Shown here: positions 48,983-58,171 of the stretch, piece by piece
Numbering within the stretch: the first letter of the stretch is position 1
How the letters are laid out: each line of letters opens with the position of its first letter
DNA from: Candidatus Omnitrophota bacterium
Lineage (GTDB): Bacteria; Omnitrophota; Gorgyraeia; B26-G9
Assembly: GCA_018817165.1 (NCBI GenBank)
Contig: JAHITY010000114.1
Coordinates: 17,721-81,720 of the forward strand
Length of the DNA stretch: 64,000 nucleotides
Direction of reading: 5' to 3'
Made by a program: the position numbers and the translations under genes
The notes under the pieces: generated by a model
Database searches by the model: none
Told to the model about the DNA's origin: nothing
The model's input: the letters and a program-made list of their open reading frames with translations, nothing else

Positions 48983-49678
48983 ATGAAGTTATCAATAATT
49001 ATTCCAGTTTACAATGAACAAGATACGCTTAAGGAATTGTTAGCGAAAATTCAAAGAGTTCAATTGAATGGAGTGCTTAAAGAAATAATCATAGTGGATG
49101 ATAGTTCAAATGATAGGAGTAAATCTATATTTGATAATCTCAAATCTTCAGATATAATAAAGCTATATCATAAGCATAATCAAGGCAAGGCCGCGGCGAT
49201 CAAAACTGGTCTGGTGCGGGCCAGCGGAGATTTAATCCTGATCCAGGATGGGGATCTTGAATATGATCCAAGTGATTATCCGGCTTTGCTCGAGCCGATT
49301 TTGAGCAATCAAGCGGATGTTGTTTATGGTTCGCGATTTTTAACCGGAAAGAACAAAGCATATTTTCCCTATTTAGTCGCAAATAAATTTTTGGTTTGGT
49401 TGACTAATATTTTATATGGAAGCTGTTTAACTGATATGGAAACCTGCTATAAGCTTTTTAGAAAAGAAATACTCGTAAATCTGAAGATTAAAGCCAAAGG
49501 GTTTGAGTTTGAACCTGAAGTGACAGCAAAATTACTTCTGCGGAAAGTTCAAATTATGGAAGTGCCGATTTCTTATGTTCCGCGTTCCAAAAAAATGGGA
49601 AAAAAAATAGGTTTTTTTGACGGTCTTATGTCGATTTATATATTGATTAAATATAAATTGGCAAGGGAGGCAAAATGA
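48983..49678 (+). CDS. GT2 glycosyltransferase, Dpm1/polyprenol-phosphate hexosyltransferase-like (soluble, 231 aa).
   Basis: LSIIIPVYNEQDTLKELL...IIVDDSSNDRS...LIQDGDLEYDP motifs. Confidence 0.7.
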   Translation: MKLSIIIPVYNEQDTLKELLAKIQRVQLNGVLKEIIIVDDSSNDRSKSIFDNLKSSDIIKLYHKHNQGKAAAIKTGLVRASGDLILIQDGDLEYDPSDYPALLEPILSNQADVVYGSRFLTGKNKAYFPYLVANKFLVWLTNILYGSCLTDMETCYKLFRKEILVNLKIKAKGFEFEPEVTAKLLLRKVQIMEVPISYVPRSKKMGKKIGFFDGLMSIYILIKYKLAREAK

Positions 49679-50655
49679 TTCAGAGGGTATGCGCGCTGAT
49701 TACTACTACCGAGAAAAATAAAAAACAATTAGAGAATTTGGTAAGTTCGCTTTGTCATCAGACTGAGCAGATTGAAAAGGTTGTTATTATTTATGATGGC
49801 GCGCATCGGCCGGACAGACAGTCTTTTGAGGATTGTCCGGTTCAGATTAACTGGGTTGATAATAATGAAAACAAATCTCTGACTCTTTTGCAGAATCAGA
49901 CAATTAGTTTTATTGATGAAGATTTTGTTTTACAGTTAAATGATGATGTTATTTTAACTGATAACTTTACCGCGGAATTATTGCAAGCAATGAATCAGGA
50001 TAACTCTATCGGCATGGTTTGCGGTAAATTATTAAGGATGGATAAGTCTACAATCGATACTGCCGGGCAACTCCTAGGTAAAAAACGTACTCCGGTGGAA
50101 CGCGGATATGGAAAGCCTGATGCCGGACAATTTGATCAGGAATGTTTTGTTTTTGGTTCATGCGGCGCAGCTGTATTATTAAGAAAAACTATGTTGGAAG
50201 ATTGCGCTATAGCGGAAAATGAATATTTTGATAATGATTATAATATGTTTTATGAGGATTTCGATCTTTCCTGGAGAGCGGCAAATCTTGGCTGGAAAGC
50301 TTTTTATAATCCGCGGGCATTAGCTTTTCATGAACGCGGCGCAACGGCTAAAGAAAAACGTCCGGTTTTTGAATTTTTGCGGGCGTATAATTTTGCTTGG
50401 CTGAGTGCTAAATTAAAAAGTGATTTAATGAAGAATCGATATATGACAATCATAAAAAATGAGAGTTTTAAGGGGTTTATTTTAAACGCTCCTTTCATTT
50501 TAATTTATGAAGCCAAGCTTTTTCTTTACTGTTTAATTTTTGAACCAAAAGTAATTGTAAATATATTTTTTAGTTTCCCGGTTATAATTAAAGCTTTTAA
50601 AAAAAGAGCAAAGTTAAACAAGAAAATAAAAGCTATGAAAAAGCTAAGTAAATAA
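49675..50655 (+). CDS. GT2 family glycosyltransferase (paralog of 25773..26669).
   Basis: FGSCGAAVLLRK...YNMFYEDFDLSWRAANLGWKAFY parallels the FGPCAAAAVYKK...EDFDLAWRARIRGWKAMY block of 25773. Confidence 0.65.
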   Translation: MIQRVCALITTTEKNKKQLENLVSSLCHQTEQIEKVVIIYDGAHRPDRQSFEDCPVQINWVDNNENKSLTLLQNQTISFIDEDFVLQLNDDVILTDNFTAELLQAMNQDNSIGMVCGKLLRMDKSTIDTAGQLLGKKRTPVERGYGKPDAGQFDQECFVFGSCGAAVLLRKTMLEDCAIAENEYFDNDYNMFYEDFDLSWRAANLGWKAFYNPRALAFHERGATAKEKRPVFEFLRAYNFAWLSAKLKSDLMKNRYMTIIKNESFKGFILNAPFILIYEAKLFLYCLIFEPKVIVNIFFSFPVIIKAFKKRAKLNKKIKAMKKLSK

Positions 50656-50668
50656 TGAAAGCAAATAA

Positions 50669-52342
50669 ATGAGTTACCTGATAATTTTCATGTTAGCGAT
50701 AAGAGCTTTTATCTGTGAGAAAACTTGGCCAACTGCGGGAATTTTTTTTGATATTTGTTTTTGTTTGTGTTTTTTACTCTATATTCTAATTGATCCTAAG
50801 CTGAGAGTAAGCAGGAAATACTTTATTTATCCGCTCATTTACTCTGGCCTTTTGCTCCTGAATACATTTTTTTCAGTAAATTCCTATAATAGTCAAAATG
50901 AAATAGTTAAATTATGGGTATACATGCTCATATTTTATTTTGTTTATTGGCAGAATCAAAAAAACCGCAGACTGCTTATAGGTTCAATATGCGCCATAAG
51001 TCTGTTTATAAGCTTGCGGGCAATTTATCAGTATGCTTTCGGACTAGAATATATTAAGCAGCATTATGCATATGCCCAGATTGTTGAGCAAGGGTTTTAT
51101 GCTTTAGAAATGCTCAAACAAAAAAGAGTTGTTTCCTGGTTTTTGTCCCCAAATCTGCTTGCTGGATATTTGGTGATGATCGCCCCTTTAGCGGGAGCGT
51201 ATGGGTTTGAGAGTTTTAAACAACAAAAAATAAACCAGAGTATATTTTTCACGCTTATTTTTATTTGCTCAGCCGTGGGTTTATATTTTACGGGTTCTTG
51301 GGGTGCTTATCTGGGGTTCGCGATAGCGATGCTATTTATTATATTAAATCCTTTGGGCAATAAAACTGCTTTAATTGAAAGTCGAAAAAAGAATAATAAG
51401 TTGATCCTCGGCGGAGTTTTTTTTCTGCTTATTTTAGCCGCTTTATTCAGCCAAAGAGCCAAATATTTTATTGACCTAGCAAATCCTCAGAACTCTTTGG
51501 TGCAGCGTTTGTATTATTCGCAGGCTGCCGTTAAGATGATAAAGGAAAATCCTTTGACCGGTATTGGCTTGGGTAATTTTGGACTTGTTTATCCTCAATT
51601 CAAGCAAATAAACGCCAATGAAACAATTTACGCGCATAATATTTTTCTGCAATTATGGGCGGAGCTGGGAACGATAATTTTTATTTGTTTTATATTTTTT
51701 GCGATCTATCTATTATCCCGTTTTTTAAAAAAATTAAGACAACAGCGGGAAGTTGGTTTGATCGCGGCCAGCCTTGCTTTTTTGGTTTATAATTTTTTTG
51801 ACTATAGTCTAATGATCACTCAAAGCGGTTATGTTTTTTTTATTGTCATTGCTTGTTTATTTAAACCGCAGGAGGATTCTTACCCAGAAAAAAATAATCG
51901 ATTTACCCCAGATAATTTTTTAAATAAAACAAGTTTTATTGTAATCTGCGGAGTAATGATTATGTTTTTAACTGCGGAGTATTGCTCTCTAAGATCATTA
52001 GATAAAGCTGATCAATTTTTAAAACAAGGGCAAACAGACAAAGCTTTGGTCCTGGCAAACACAGCTTTGAAATTTAGAGTAAATAATGACCAGATATATT
52101 ATTTTATCGCAGTATGTTATCAGCAAAAAGCAGGTAAATTATTTTCTCCTACAGCAGCTGCTTATTATTGCCAAGCAATACGCTTAAATCCAAAATATGC
52201 TTTTTATTATGCCTATCTTGGGGATTATTATTTTTCGCATAAACTTTATCCGCAGGCAAAAAAAGCTTATCAGCAGGCAATAAAACATTATCCGCATAAT
52301 AAAAAATTCAAAGAAATCTATAGCCAGATACAAGGTCAATAG
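50669..52342 (+). CDS. O-antigen ligase/polymerase (Wzy_C/WaaL-like) polytopic membrane protein fused to C-terminal TPR repeats.
   Basis: IYAHNIFLQLWAELGTIIF matches the Wzy_C HN..L....E.G motif within a multi-TM region; C-terminal AYYCQAIRLNPKYAFYYAYLGDYYFSHKLYPQAKKAYQQAIKHYP is TPR-like. Confidence 0.6.
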   Translation: MSYLIIFMLAIRAFICEKTWPTAGIFFDICFCLCFLLYILIDPKLRVSRKYFIYPLIYSGLLLLNTFFSVNSYNSQNEIVKLWVYMLIFYFVYWQNQKNRRLLIGSICAISLFISLRAIYQYAFGLEYIKQHYAYAQIVEQGFYALEMLKQKRVVSWFLSPNLLAGYLVMIAPLAGAYGFESFKQQKINQSIFFTLIFICSAVGLYFTGSWGAYLGFAIAMLFIILNPLGNKTALIESRKKNNKLILGGVFFLLILAALFSQRAKYFIDLANPQNSLVQRLYYSQAAVKMIKENPLTGIGLGNFGLVYPQFKQINANETIYAHNIFLQLWAELGTIIFICFIFFAIYLLSRFLKKLRQQREVGLIAASLAFLVYNFFDYSLMITQSGYVFFIVIACLFKPQEDSYPEKNNRFTPDNFLNKTSFIVICGVMIMFLTAEYCSLRSLDKADQFLKQGQTDKALVLANTALKFRVNNDQIYYFIAVCYQQKAGKLFSPTAAAYYCQAIRLNPKYAFYYAYLGDYYFSHKLYPQAKKAYQQAIKHYPHNKKFKEIYSQIQGQ

Positions 52343-52451
52343 TAGGGGCCGATGGCTGTCGGCCCGTGACAATACCGCGCGAAATTAAAATATAAAATAA
52401 AATTTGTATAATTTTTAAACTATAACGGGCGGCCAGCCAGCCGCCCCTACT
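52340..52451. repeat. Hairpin element with terminal inverted repeats TAGTAGGGG...CCCCTACT (copy 2). Its 3' hairpin plus T-run probably also acts as an intrinsic terminator.
   Basis: 5' hairpin ggccga-tggctg-tcggcc; 3' hairpin gggcggc-cagcca-gccgccc followed by cTACTTTTATTTTCTGCTTTTTTT; the TAG stop of the upstream gene lies inside the TIR. Confidence 0.55.
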
Positions 52452-52468
52452 TTTATTTTCTGCTTTTT
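52420..52468 (+). terminator. Rho-independent terminator candidate downstream of the glycan island.
   Basis: GC-rich 7-bp stem (gggcggc/gccgccc) with a 6-nt loop, followed by a T-rich tract. Confidence 0.5.
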
Positions 52469-52707
52469 TTAATCGCAATACGCAATACTCAATACGCAAT
52501 ACGTTTTTTGCTTTTACCCTTTTCCTAATCGCTAACCGTTATCCGCTGCTTTTTACCCCATACACTATCTTGTAGTCATGCACGACTTAACCCCCTGTAA
52601 ATAGTATAATTAAATATTTTTTAAAAAAGTTATGTTTTTTAGTTGACAGACCGTGAAAAATAAAGTATATTTAGTTATGTGGAGAAAAGTGGGGGGAAGT
52701 GGGGTCT

Positions 52708-53148
52708 ATGTTCTACGGTGAATTTGAACATTCATTAGACAAAAAAAACAGAGTTATTATTCCTGCTAAGTTTCGAGAGGCAGTTAGAAATAGCTTTGGC
52801 GAGAAATTTTTTATTACTCGCGGTCTTGATGGATGTTTGTTTGTTTTTACCGAGGATGAATGGAAACGCCAGGAGCAGAAATTTAAGGCTTTATCATTTA
52901 CCAAAGCTGAAGCAAGAAGATTTAATCGTTTATTCTTTTCCGGAGCTAGTGAAATTACCTGCGATACCCAAGGAAGGGTTTTGATTCCGCAATATCTCAA
53001 AGAATTTGCCCAGATTGACAAGGATGTTTTAATTATTGGTGTTGCTAACAGAATAGAAATCTGGAGCAAACACAGCTGGAAGGAATTTTATGATAACACT
53101 AGAGAGACCTTTGAAGAGACTGCAGAAAAACTCATGGGTCTGGAGTGA
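52708..53148 (+). CDS. mraZ: Transcriptional regulator MraZ.
   Basis: MFYGEFEHSLDKKNRVIIPAKFRE and the second DxxxR-type repeat (CDTQGRVLIPQYL); first gene of the dcw cluster. Confidence 0.9.
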   Translation: MFYGEFEHSLDKKNRVIIPAKFREAVRNSFGEKFFITRGLDGCLFVFTEDEWKRQEQKFKALSFTKAEARRFNRLFFSGASEITCDTQGRVLIPQYLKEFAQIDKDVLIIGVANRIEIWSKHSWKEFYDNTRETFEETAEKLMGLE

Positions 53149-53170
53149 ACATAAACAAGAAGAAAAACAG

Positions 53171-54058
53171 ATGAGCCAACACGTTCCTGTGATGCTTAAT
53201 GAGGTTTTATCGTACTTGAAACTTTCGCCAGGGAAGGTGATCGTAGATTGTACTTTGGGGGAAGCAGGGCACAGTGAAGGCATATTGAGAAAGATAACGC
53301 CTGGCGGTCAGCTGATCGGCATAGATCAGGATGATGATGCCTTAAGTCTTAGCCGTCGGCGTCTTTCTTGTTTTGATGGATCTTTTACTCTTTTAAATAA
53401 AAATTTTCAAGGTATCAAGGATGTAATACAAAACCTTGGGTTAAACGCCATGGATGGCGTCCTTTTTGACCTTGGAGTTTCTAACCTGCAATTTACTGAC
53501 CCGGAACGCGGTTTTAGTTTTCAATTTGATGGACCGCTGAACATGCGCATGGATAAAAAAGCCCAGATAACGGCTTTTGATCTGATAAATAATCTTTCTG
53601 AAGAAGAATTGGCGAATTTGATTTTCAAGTTTGGTGAGGAAAGACTTAGCCGGAGGATCGCGCATCGGATTATCAGTCATCGCAATAAAAAAGTAATTAA
53701 TACAACTCAGGAATTAGCGGAGATCGTGGTGGAAGCGTTTCCGATAAAACAAAGATATAAAAAAATCCATCCCGCGACCAGAACTTTTATGGCTTTAAGA
53801 ATCGCGGTTAATCGTGAATTAGAAGTTCTCCAATCAGCGCTTACTGATGCGATTGATTTACTCAGTCCCGGAGGAAGAATATGTGTAATATCATTTCATT
53901 CTTTAGAGGACAGAATTGTTAAGCATGAATTTAGATCGCAGGCAAAAAATGGAGTTTTAAAAATAATTACCAAAAGACCTTTGGTGGCCTCAGAGCAGGA
54001 ATTAGCGGAAAATCGAAAAAGTCGTAGTGCCAAGTTACGGGTAGCTGAAAAAATTTAG
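53171..54058 (+). CDS. rsmH: 16S rRNA (cytosine1402-N4)-methyltransferase RsmH (MraW).
   Basis: HVPVMLNEVL...DCTLGEAGHS...FDLGVSNLQ...ISFHSLEDRIVK motifs; position after mraZ. Confidence 0.9.
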   Translation: MSQHVPVMLNEVLSYLKLSPGKVIVDCTLGEAGHSEGILRKITPGGQLIGIDQDDDALSLSRRRLSCFDGSFTLLNKNFQGIKDVIQNLGLNAMDGVLFDLGVSNLQFTDPERGFSFQFDGPLNMRMDKKAQITAFDLINNLSEEELANLIFKFGEERLSRRIAHRIISHRNKKVINTTQELAEIVVEAFPIKQRYKKIHPATRTFMALRIAVNRELEVLQSALTDAIDLLSPGGRICVISFHSLEDRIVKHEFRSQAKNGVLKIITKRPLVASEQELAENRKSRSAKLRVAEKI

Positions 54059-54085
54059 TTGTTTTTCCATAAAAGGGATTTGCTA

Positions 54086-54460
54086 ATGAGATTGAAAAAT
54101 ATCATAATATGTTTAGTTATAACTACCTCTATTTGCTTGGCTTATGTTAGACAACAAGTTGAAATAGTTAAATTGAGTTATGTTCTGCGGGATAAAGAAA
54201 AATGTTTAAATCAGCTGGTTGACCATAATAAAACTTTATTATACAATAATATGAGTCTGAAATCACCGCAGTATTTGGCAAGCATGCTTGAACAGAATAA
54301 AATGGTTTTAAGTTTTCCTGAACCAGCGGCCGTGGCAAAAGTCAGGGTAATCCGTAAGGCTCAGCAGCAATTTGCAAAAACACCGGGATTGAGTTGGAAA
54401 ACTAATCTTTTTGATGTTCTTGTTCCTAAAGCACAAGCCGCTTCAGATAAAAGAGAATAG
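54086..54460 (+). CDS. ftsL: Cell division protein FtsL (small bitopic membrane protein).
   Basis: Single TM helix then a predicted coiled-coil region; sits in the conserved position between rsmH and ftsI. The start was moved to the ATG at 54086, which has an AAAGGGA Shine-Dalgarno. Confidence 0.6.
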   Translation: MRLKNIIICLVITTSICLAYVRQQVEIVKLSYVLRDKEKCLNQLVDHNKTLLYNNMSLKSPQYLASMLEQNKMVLSFPEPAAVAKVRVIRKAQQQFAKTPGLSWKTNLFDVLVPKAQAASDKRE

Positions 54461-54524
54461 TTTTTTCTGCTTAATAGTTTAAACTTTAATTTAACATTCA
54501 TCAAAGAAGGATCAATCAACTAAC

Positions 54525-56246
54525 GTGCACAAGCGGCAGGAAAAGCTTCGTTTTGCAGTAGTATTTTTCGCTTATCTTTTTATTCTGCTGATTATTTTTT
54601 TTCGATTGCTTTATATTCAGGTATTGAATTATGATGATTATATTAAGCTTGCTGATTCTCAGCATAATCTCACTTTAAAACTTTCTCCGCAAAGAGGCTC
54701 GATCCTTGACCGCAATTTAAAAACATTTGCTATGAGCTTAAAAGTATCTTCTGTTTATGCCGTTCCTCGGGTAATAAAGAATAAATCAGAAGTTGCCGCG
54801 AAACTTTCCAAAATCTTAGATATCGATTACAATAATCTATTAGAAAAATTAAATCGTGATAAAGCTTTTGTCTGGGTTAAACGCCGAATCGATGATTCTT
54901 TGGCTGAGCGCTTAACACAGGAACCTATTCCCGGGGTTTCGCTGCTTACTGAAAATAAAAGATATTATCCGAATAATGGCTTGGCAGCTCATGTTGTTGG
55001 TTTTGCCGGCATTGATGAACAGGGCTTGTCCGGCGTGGAATTGATTTATGACAAGTATTTAAAAGGGCAGTTCGGAACAAGGTCCATGCTTCGCGATGCG
55101 AAGCAGCGGATGATGCCGGCTTTTGAATTTGAATATATTCCGGAGATAAATGGTTACAATATTGTTTTAACGATTGATCAGGTTATCCAGCATATTGCCG
55201 AACAGGCACTCGACGCGGGGTTTGCCAAAAGTAAAGCAGTCGGCGCATCGGTTATTGTCATGAATCCGGAAAATGGGGAAATTTACGCTTTGGTAAATCG
55301 TCCGGGTTATGATCTGAATGCTTTTGGCAATGCTGATCCTGAGGCCAAGCGTAATCGGGCGGTTAGTGATTATTTTGAGCCAGGCTCGACTTTTAAAATA
55401 ATTACCGCCAGCGCGGCGATAGAAGAAAAAGTTGTGGCTTTGGATGAGGTATTTTTTTGTGAAAACGGCGAGTATAAAATATCCCGCCATATTTTGCATG
55501 ATCATAAACCGCATGGAAATCTCAGTTTTGTGGAAGTTATTGAAAAATCCAGCAATATCGGTACAGTAAAAGTCGCCCAGAAATTAGGCGAAAAATTATT
55601 ATATGAATATATTAAAAGATTTGGTTTTGGCGAAAAAACAAATATTGATTCACCGGGAGAAGTCGCTGGTTTTTTTCGGCCGCTTAAACAATGGTCGAAA
55701 CTTTCTATTTCCGCCTTGCCGATTGGTCATGAAATTGGGGTAACCGTAATTCAGATGGCCCGGGCAATGGCGGTTATTGCTAATGGCGGTTATCAGGTCA
55801 ATCCGCATTTAGTTGATAAAATCATTGATAAGAATAATGAAATTATAAAAGACATTGAGTTTGAACCGCAACCGCGGATTATCAGTGAGCAGACTGCAGC
55901 AACAATGCGCGGTATTTTGAAGGGCGTTGTCGATAATGGCACGGGTAAAAGCGCGCAAGTTAAAGGATACTCCACCGCGGGAAAAACCGGTACTGCTCAA
56001 AAAGTAATCCCCGGAGAGGGATATTCGCATAGTAAATTTATTGCTTCATTTATCGGGTTTGCTCCGGTTGATAAACCAAAAGTAGTGATTGCGGTTGTTT
56101 TTGATGAGCCCAGACCGTTTTATTATGGCGGTACTGTCTGTGCTCCGATATTTAAGAACATTGCGGAAAAAGTATTAAAATATTTAGATGTGCCCATGGA
56201 AGAAGGCTTAGAAAATAGAAGTAGTGTTGTAACTGATAAAGACTAG
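54525..56246 (+). CDS. ftsI: Peptidoglycan D,D-transpeptidase FtsI (class B PBP).
   Basis: N-terminal TM anchor; SxxK (GSTFK), SxN (KSSN) and KTG (KTGTAQK) motifs; GTG start. Confidence 0.9.
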   Translation: MHKRQEKLRFAVVFFAYLFILLIIFFRLLYIQVLNYDDYIKLADSQHNLTLKLSPQRGSILDRNLKTFAMSLKVSSVYAVPRVIKNKSEVAAKLSKILDIDYNNLLEKLNRDKAFVWVKRRIDDSLAERLTQEPIPGVSLLTENKRYYPNNGLAAHVVGFAGIDEQGLSGVELIYDKYLKGQFGTRSMLRDAKQRMMPAFEFEYIPEINGYNIVLTIDQVIQHIAEQALDAGFAKSKAVGASVIVMNPENGEIYALVNRPGYDLNAFGNADPEAKRNRAVSDYFEPGSTFKIITASAAIEEKVVALDEVFFCENGEYKISRHILHDHKPHGNLSFVEVIEKSSNIGTVKVAQKLGEKLLYEYIKRFGFGEKTNIDSPGEVAGFFRPLKQWSKLSISALPIGHEIGVTVIQMARAMAVIANGGYQVNPHLVDKIIDKNNEIIKDIEFEPQPRIISEQTAATMRGILKGVVDNGTGKSAQVKGYSTAGKTGTAQKVIPGEGYSHSKFIASFIGFAPVDKPKVVIAVVFDEPRPFYYGGTVCAPIFKNIAEKVLKYLDVPMEEGLENRSSVVTDKD

Positions 56247-56286
56247 CTGAAAACTGAATACAGAGACCGGAAAAACAGCGGGCAAA

Positions 56287-56407
56287 GGTTTAACGGTAAC
56301 GAAGCCCGTATCGGTAACGTAGAACGGTTAGGGTGAAAATAATAAATTTAAAGACGACAGCCCTTACCGTAAGACGAAACGGGCATCGTAACCCTGACCG
56401 TAACCTT
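56287..56407 (+). repeat. Intergenic ~120-bp repeat D1 (direct repeat partner at 57995..58118).
   Basis: Shared blocks agcgggYaaaggt...cccgtatcggtaaYgt...cgaaacgggcatcgtaacc...taacctt in both copies. Confidence 0.6.
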
Positions 56408-56444
56408 GTGACATTGTGTCATTGTAATATAATGGAGGAGTATT

Positions 56445-57923
56445 GTGCAGGCATTTCAAGCTTTAAAAATACTAGGCAAAGATCCGGCTGATTATCAGTT
56501 TGCTGATTTTAGATTAAGAGGATTAAGTCTTGATTCAAGAACTGTGGCACCGGATTACTGTTTTGTTGCCATAAAAGGGGCTAAGAGTGATGGAACCAGC
56601 TTTATTCAGGCAGCGCTCGATAAAGGCGCGCGGCTTATTGTTCATGAAAAAAACACTAAACCGTTTAATTTCAGCTCAGCGGATTCCGCGATATTTGTCG
56701 AAGTGGACAATTCCAGAATAAGCGCGGGAAAACTGGCTGTGGAATATTTCGGAAACCCCGGGGATAAATTAAATTCAATCGGAATCACCGGGACTAATGG
56801 CAAGACCACAATATCTTATTTAATTGAGCATATTTTAAGAACTAATGGAATTAACTCTGGGATAATCGGGACAATTCAGTATAAAATATCCGATCATATC
56901 GTTCCGGCTGTAAATACAACTCCCGACGCGATGAAGATTCAGCATTTACTGCATCATATGGTTGAGCATAATTTAACGCATAATATTATGGAAGTTTCCT
57001 CGCATGCCCTGGATCAACACAGGGTAGAGGGAATAAAATTTAAAACCGCGATTTTTACTAATCTGACGCATGATCATTTAGATTATCATAAATCAAAAGA
57101 AAAGTATTTTGCGGCCAAAGCAACTTTATTTTCCGGTTTAGCAAACGATTCAACTGCGATTATAAACAGTGATGATCCTTATGCGGAAAAATTAAAGCAG
57201 CTGACAAACGCTAAGGTGCTCAGCTATGCGATTAATCACGAAAATGCGACGCTTAGAGCAAAAAATATAGCTTTAGGTATTGATAAGACAAACTTTGTTC
57301 TGGTTTGGGATAAGGCTGAATATAATATCCAGACAAACTTGATCGGCAGATATAATGTATATAATGTCCTGGCAGCAATTGCCGCGGCCATAATCGAGGG
57401 AATACCAATTGATAAAATAAGAGAATCAGTGAAAACTGTTGAGCAGGTCAGAGGCAGACTTGAGCGGATTAGGCATAATCAGGGGTTTGAGGTATTTATT
57501 GATTATGCGCATACTGATGATGCATTACAAAATGTATTAAGCACATTAGCCGAACTGAAGCCTAATCAGCTGATTACGGTTTTTGGCTGCGGTGGCGATC
57601 GCGATAAAAAAAAGCGTAGTTTAATGGGTAATATCGCAAGTAAGCTTTCTGATTTTGTTATTCTTACTAATGATAATCCCCGCGGCGAAGATCCTCAGGA
57701 GATAATCGAGCAAATTAAAAGCGGATTTGTTGGAGAGTTTAAAGCATATGAAATCATTCCGCAGCGGGATAAAGCAATTCAAAGAGCTTGCGGTTTGGCT
57801 GGGAAAAGAGATTTTGTGCTGATTGCCGGCAAGGGCCATGAAACATATCAGGTGTTTAAGGATAAAACAATTAAGTTTGATGATAAGCAAATTGCTCTGA
57901 AGTTCTTGACAGAAAATGGTTAA
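56445..57923 (+). CDS. murE: UDP-N-acetylmuramoyl-L-alanyl-D-glutamate--2,6-diaminopimelate ligase MurE.
   Basis: GITGTNGKTT P-loop; DNPRGEDP (the DNPR motif indicates meso-DAP specificity); GTG start with GGAGG Shine-Dalgarno. Confidence 0.9.
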   Translation: MQAFQALKILGKDPADYQFADFRLRGLSLDSRTVAPDYCFVAIKGAKSDGTSFIQAALDKGARLIVHEKNTKPFNFSSADSAIFVEVDNSRISAGKLAVEYFGNPGDKLNSIGITGTNGKTTISYLIEHILRTNGINSGIIGTIQYKISDHIVPAVNTTPDAMKIQHLLHHMVEHNLTHNIMEVSSHALDQHRVEGIKFKTAIFTNLTHDHLDYHKSKEKYFAAKATLFSGLANDSTAIINSDDPYAEKLKQLTNAKVLSYAINHENATLRAKNIALGIDKTNFVLVWDKAEYNIQTNLIGRYNVYNVLAAIAAAIIEGIPIDKIRESVKTVEQVRGRLERIRHNQGFEVFIDYAHTDDALQNVLSTLAELKPNQLITVFGCGGDRDKKKRSLMGNIASKLSDFVILTNDNPRGEDPQEIIEQIKSGFVGEFKAYEIIPQRDKAIQRACGLAGKRDFVLIAGKGHETYQVFKDKTIKFDDKQIALKFLTENG

Positions 57924-57994
57924 TAGTTTATGTTTTCAGTATTGCGTCGCGTGTCGTGCGTATTGAGTATAGAAAAAACAGAAGACAGAAAAAG

Positions 57995-58118
57995 AGCGGG
58001 TAAAGGTAAATGGTAATGAACCCCGTATCGGTAATGTTTAACGGTTACGGTTAAAAATTTTAAGCCGATAGACTTTACCCCCAAACGAAACGGGCATCGT
58101 AACCTTAACCATAACCTT
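57995..58118 (+). repeat. Intergenic repeat D2 (direct repeat of D1), itself flanked by ~35-bp imperfect inverted repeats (57935..57970 and 58125..58160).
   Basis: See D1. The flanking motifs agtattgcgtcgcgtgtcgtgcgtattgagtat and caatacgcacgacgtgatactcaatact are partial reverse complements of each other. Confidence 0.55.
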
Positions 58119-58171
58119 TTAGAGTAGCAATACGCACGACGTGATACTCAATACTAAATAGGGATTAATTA

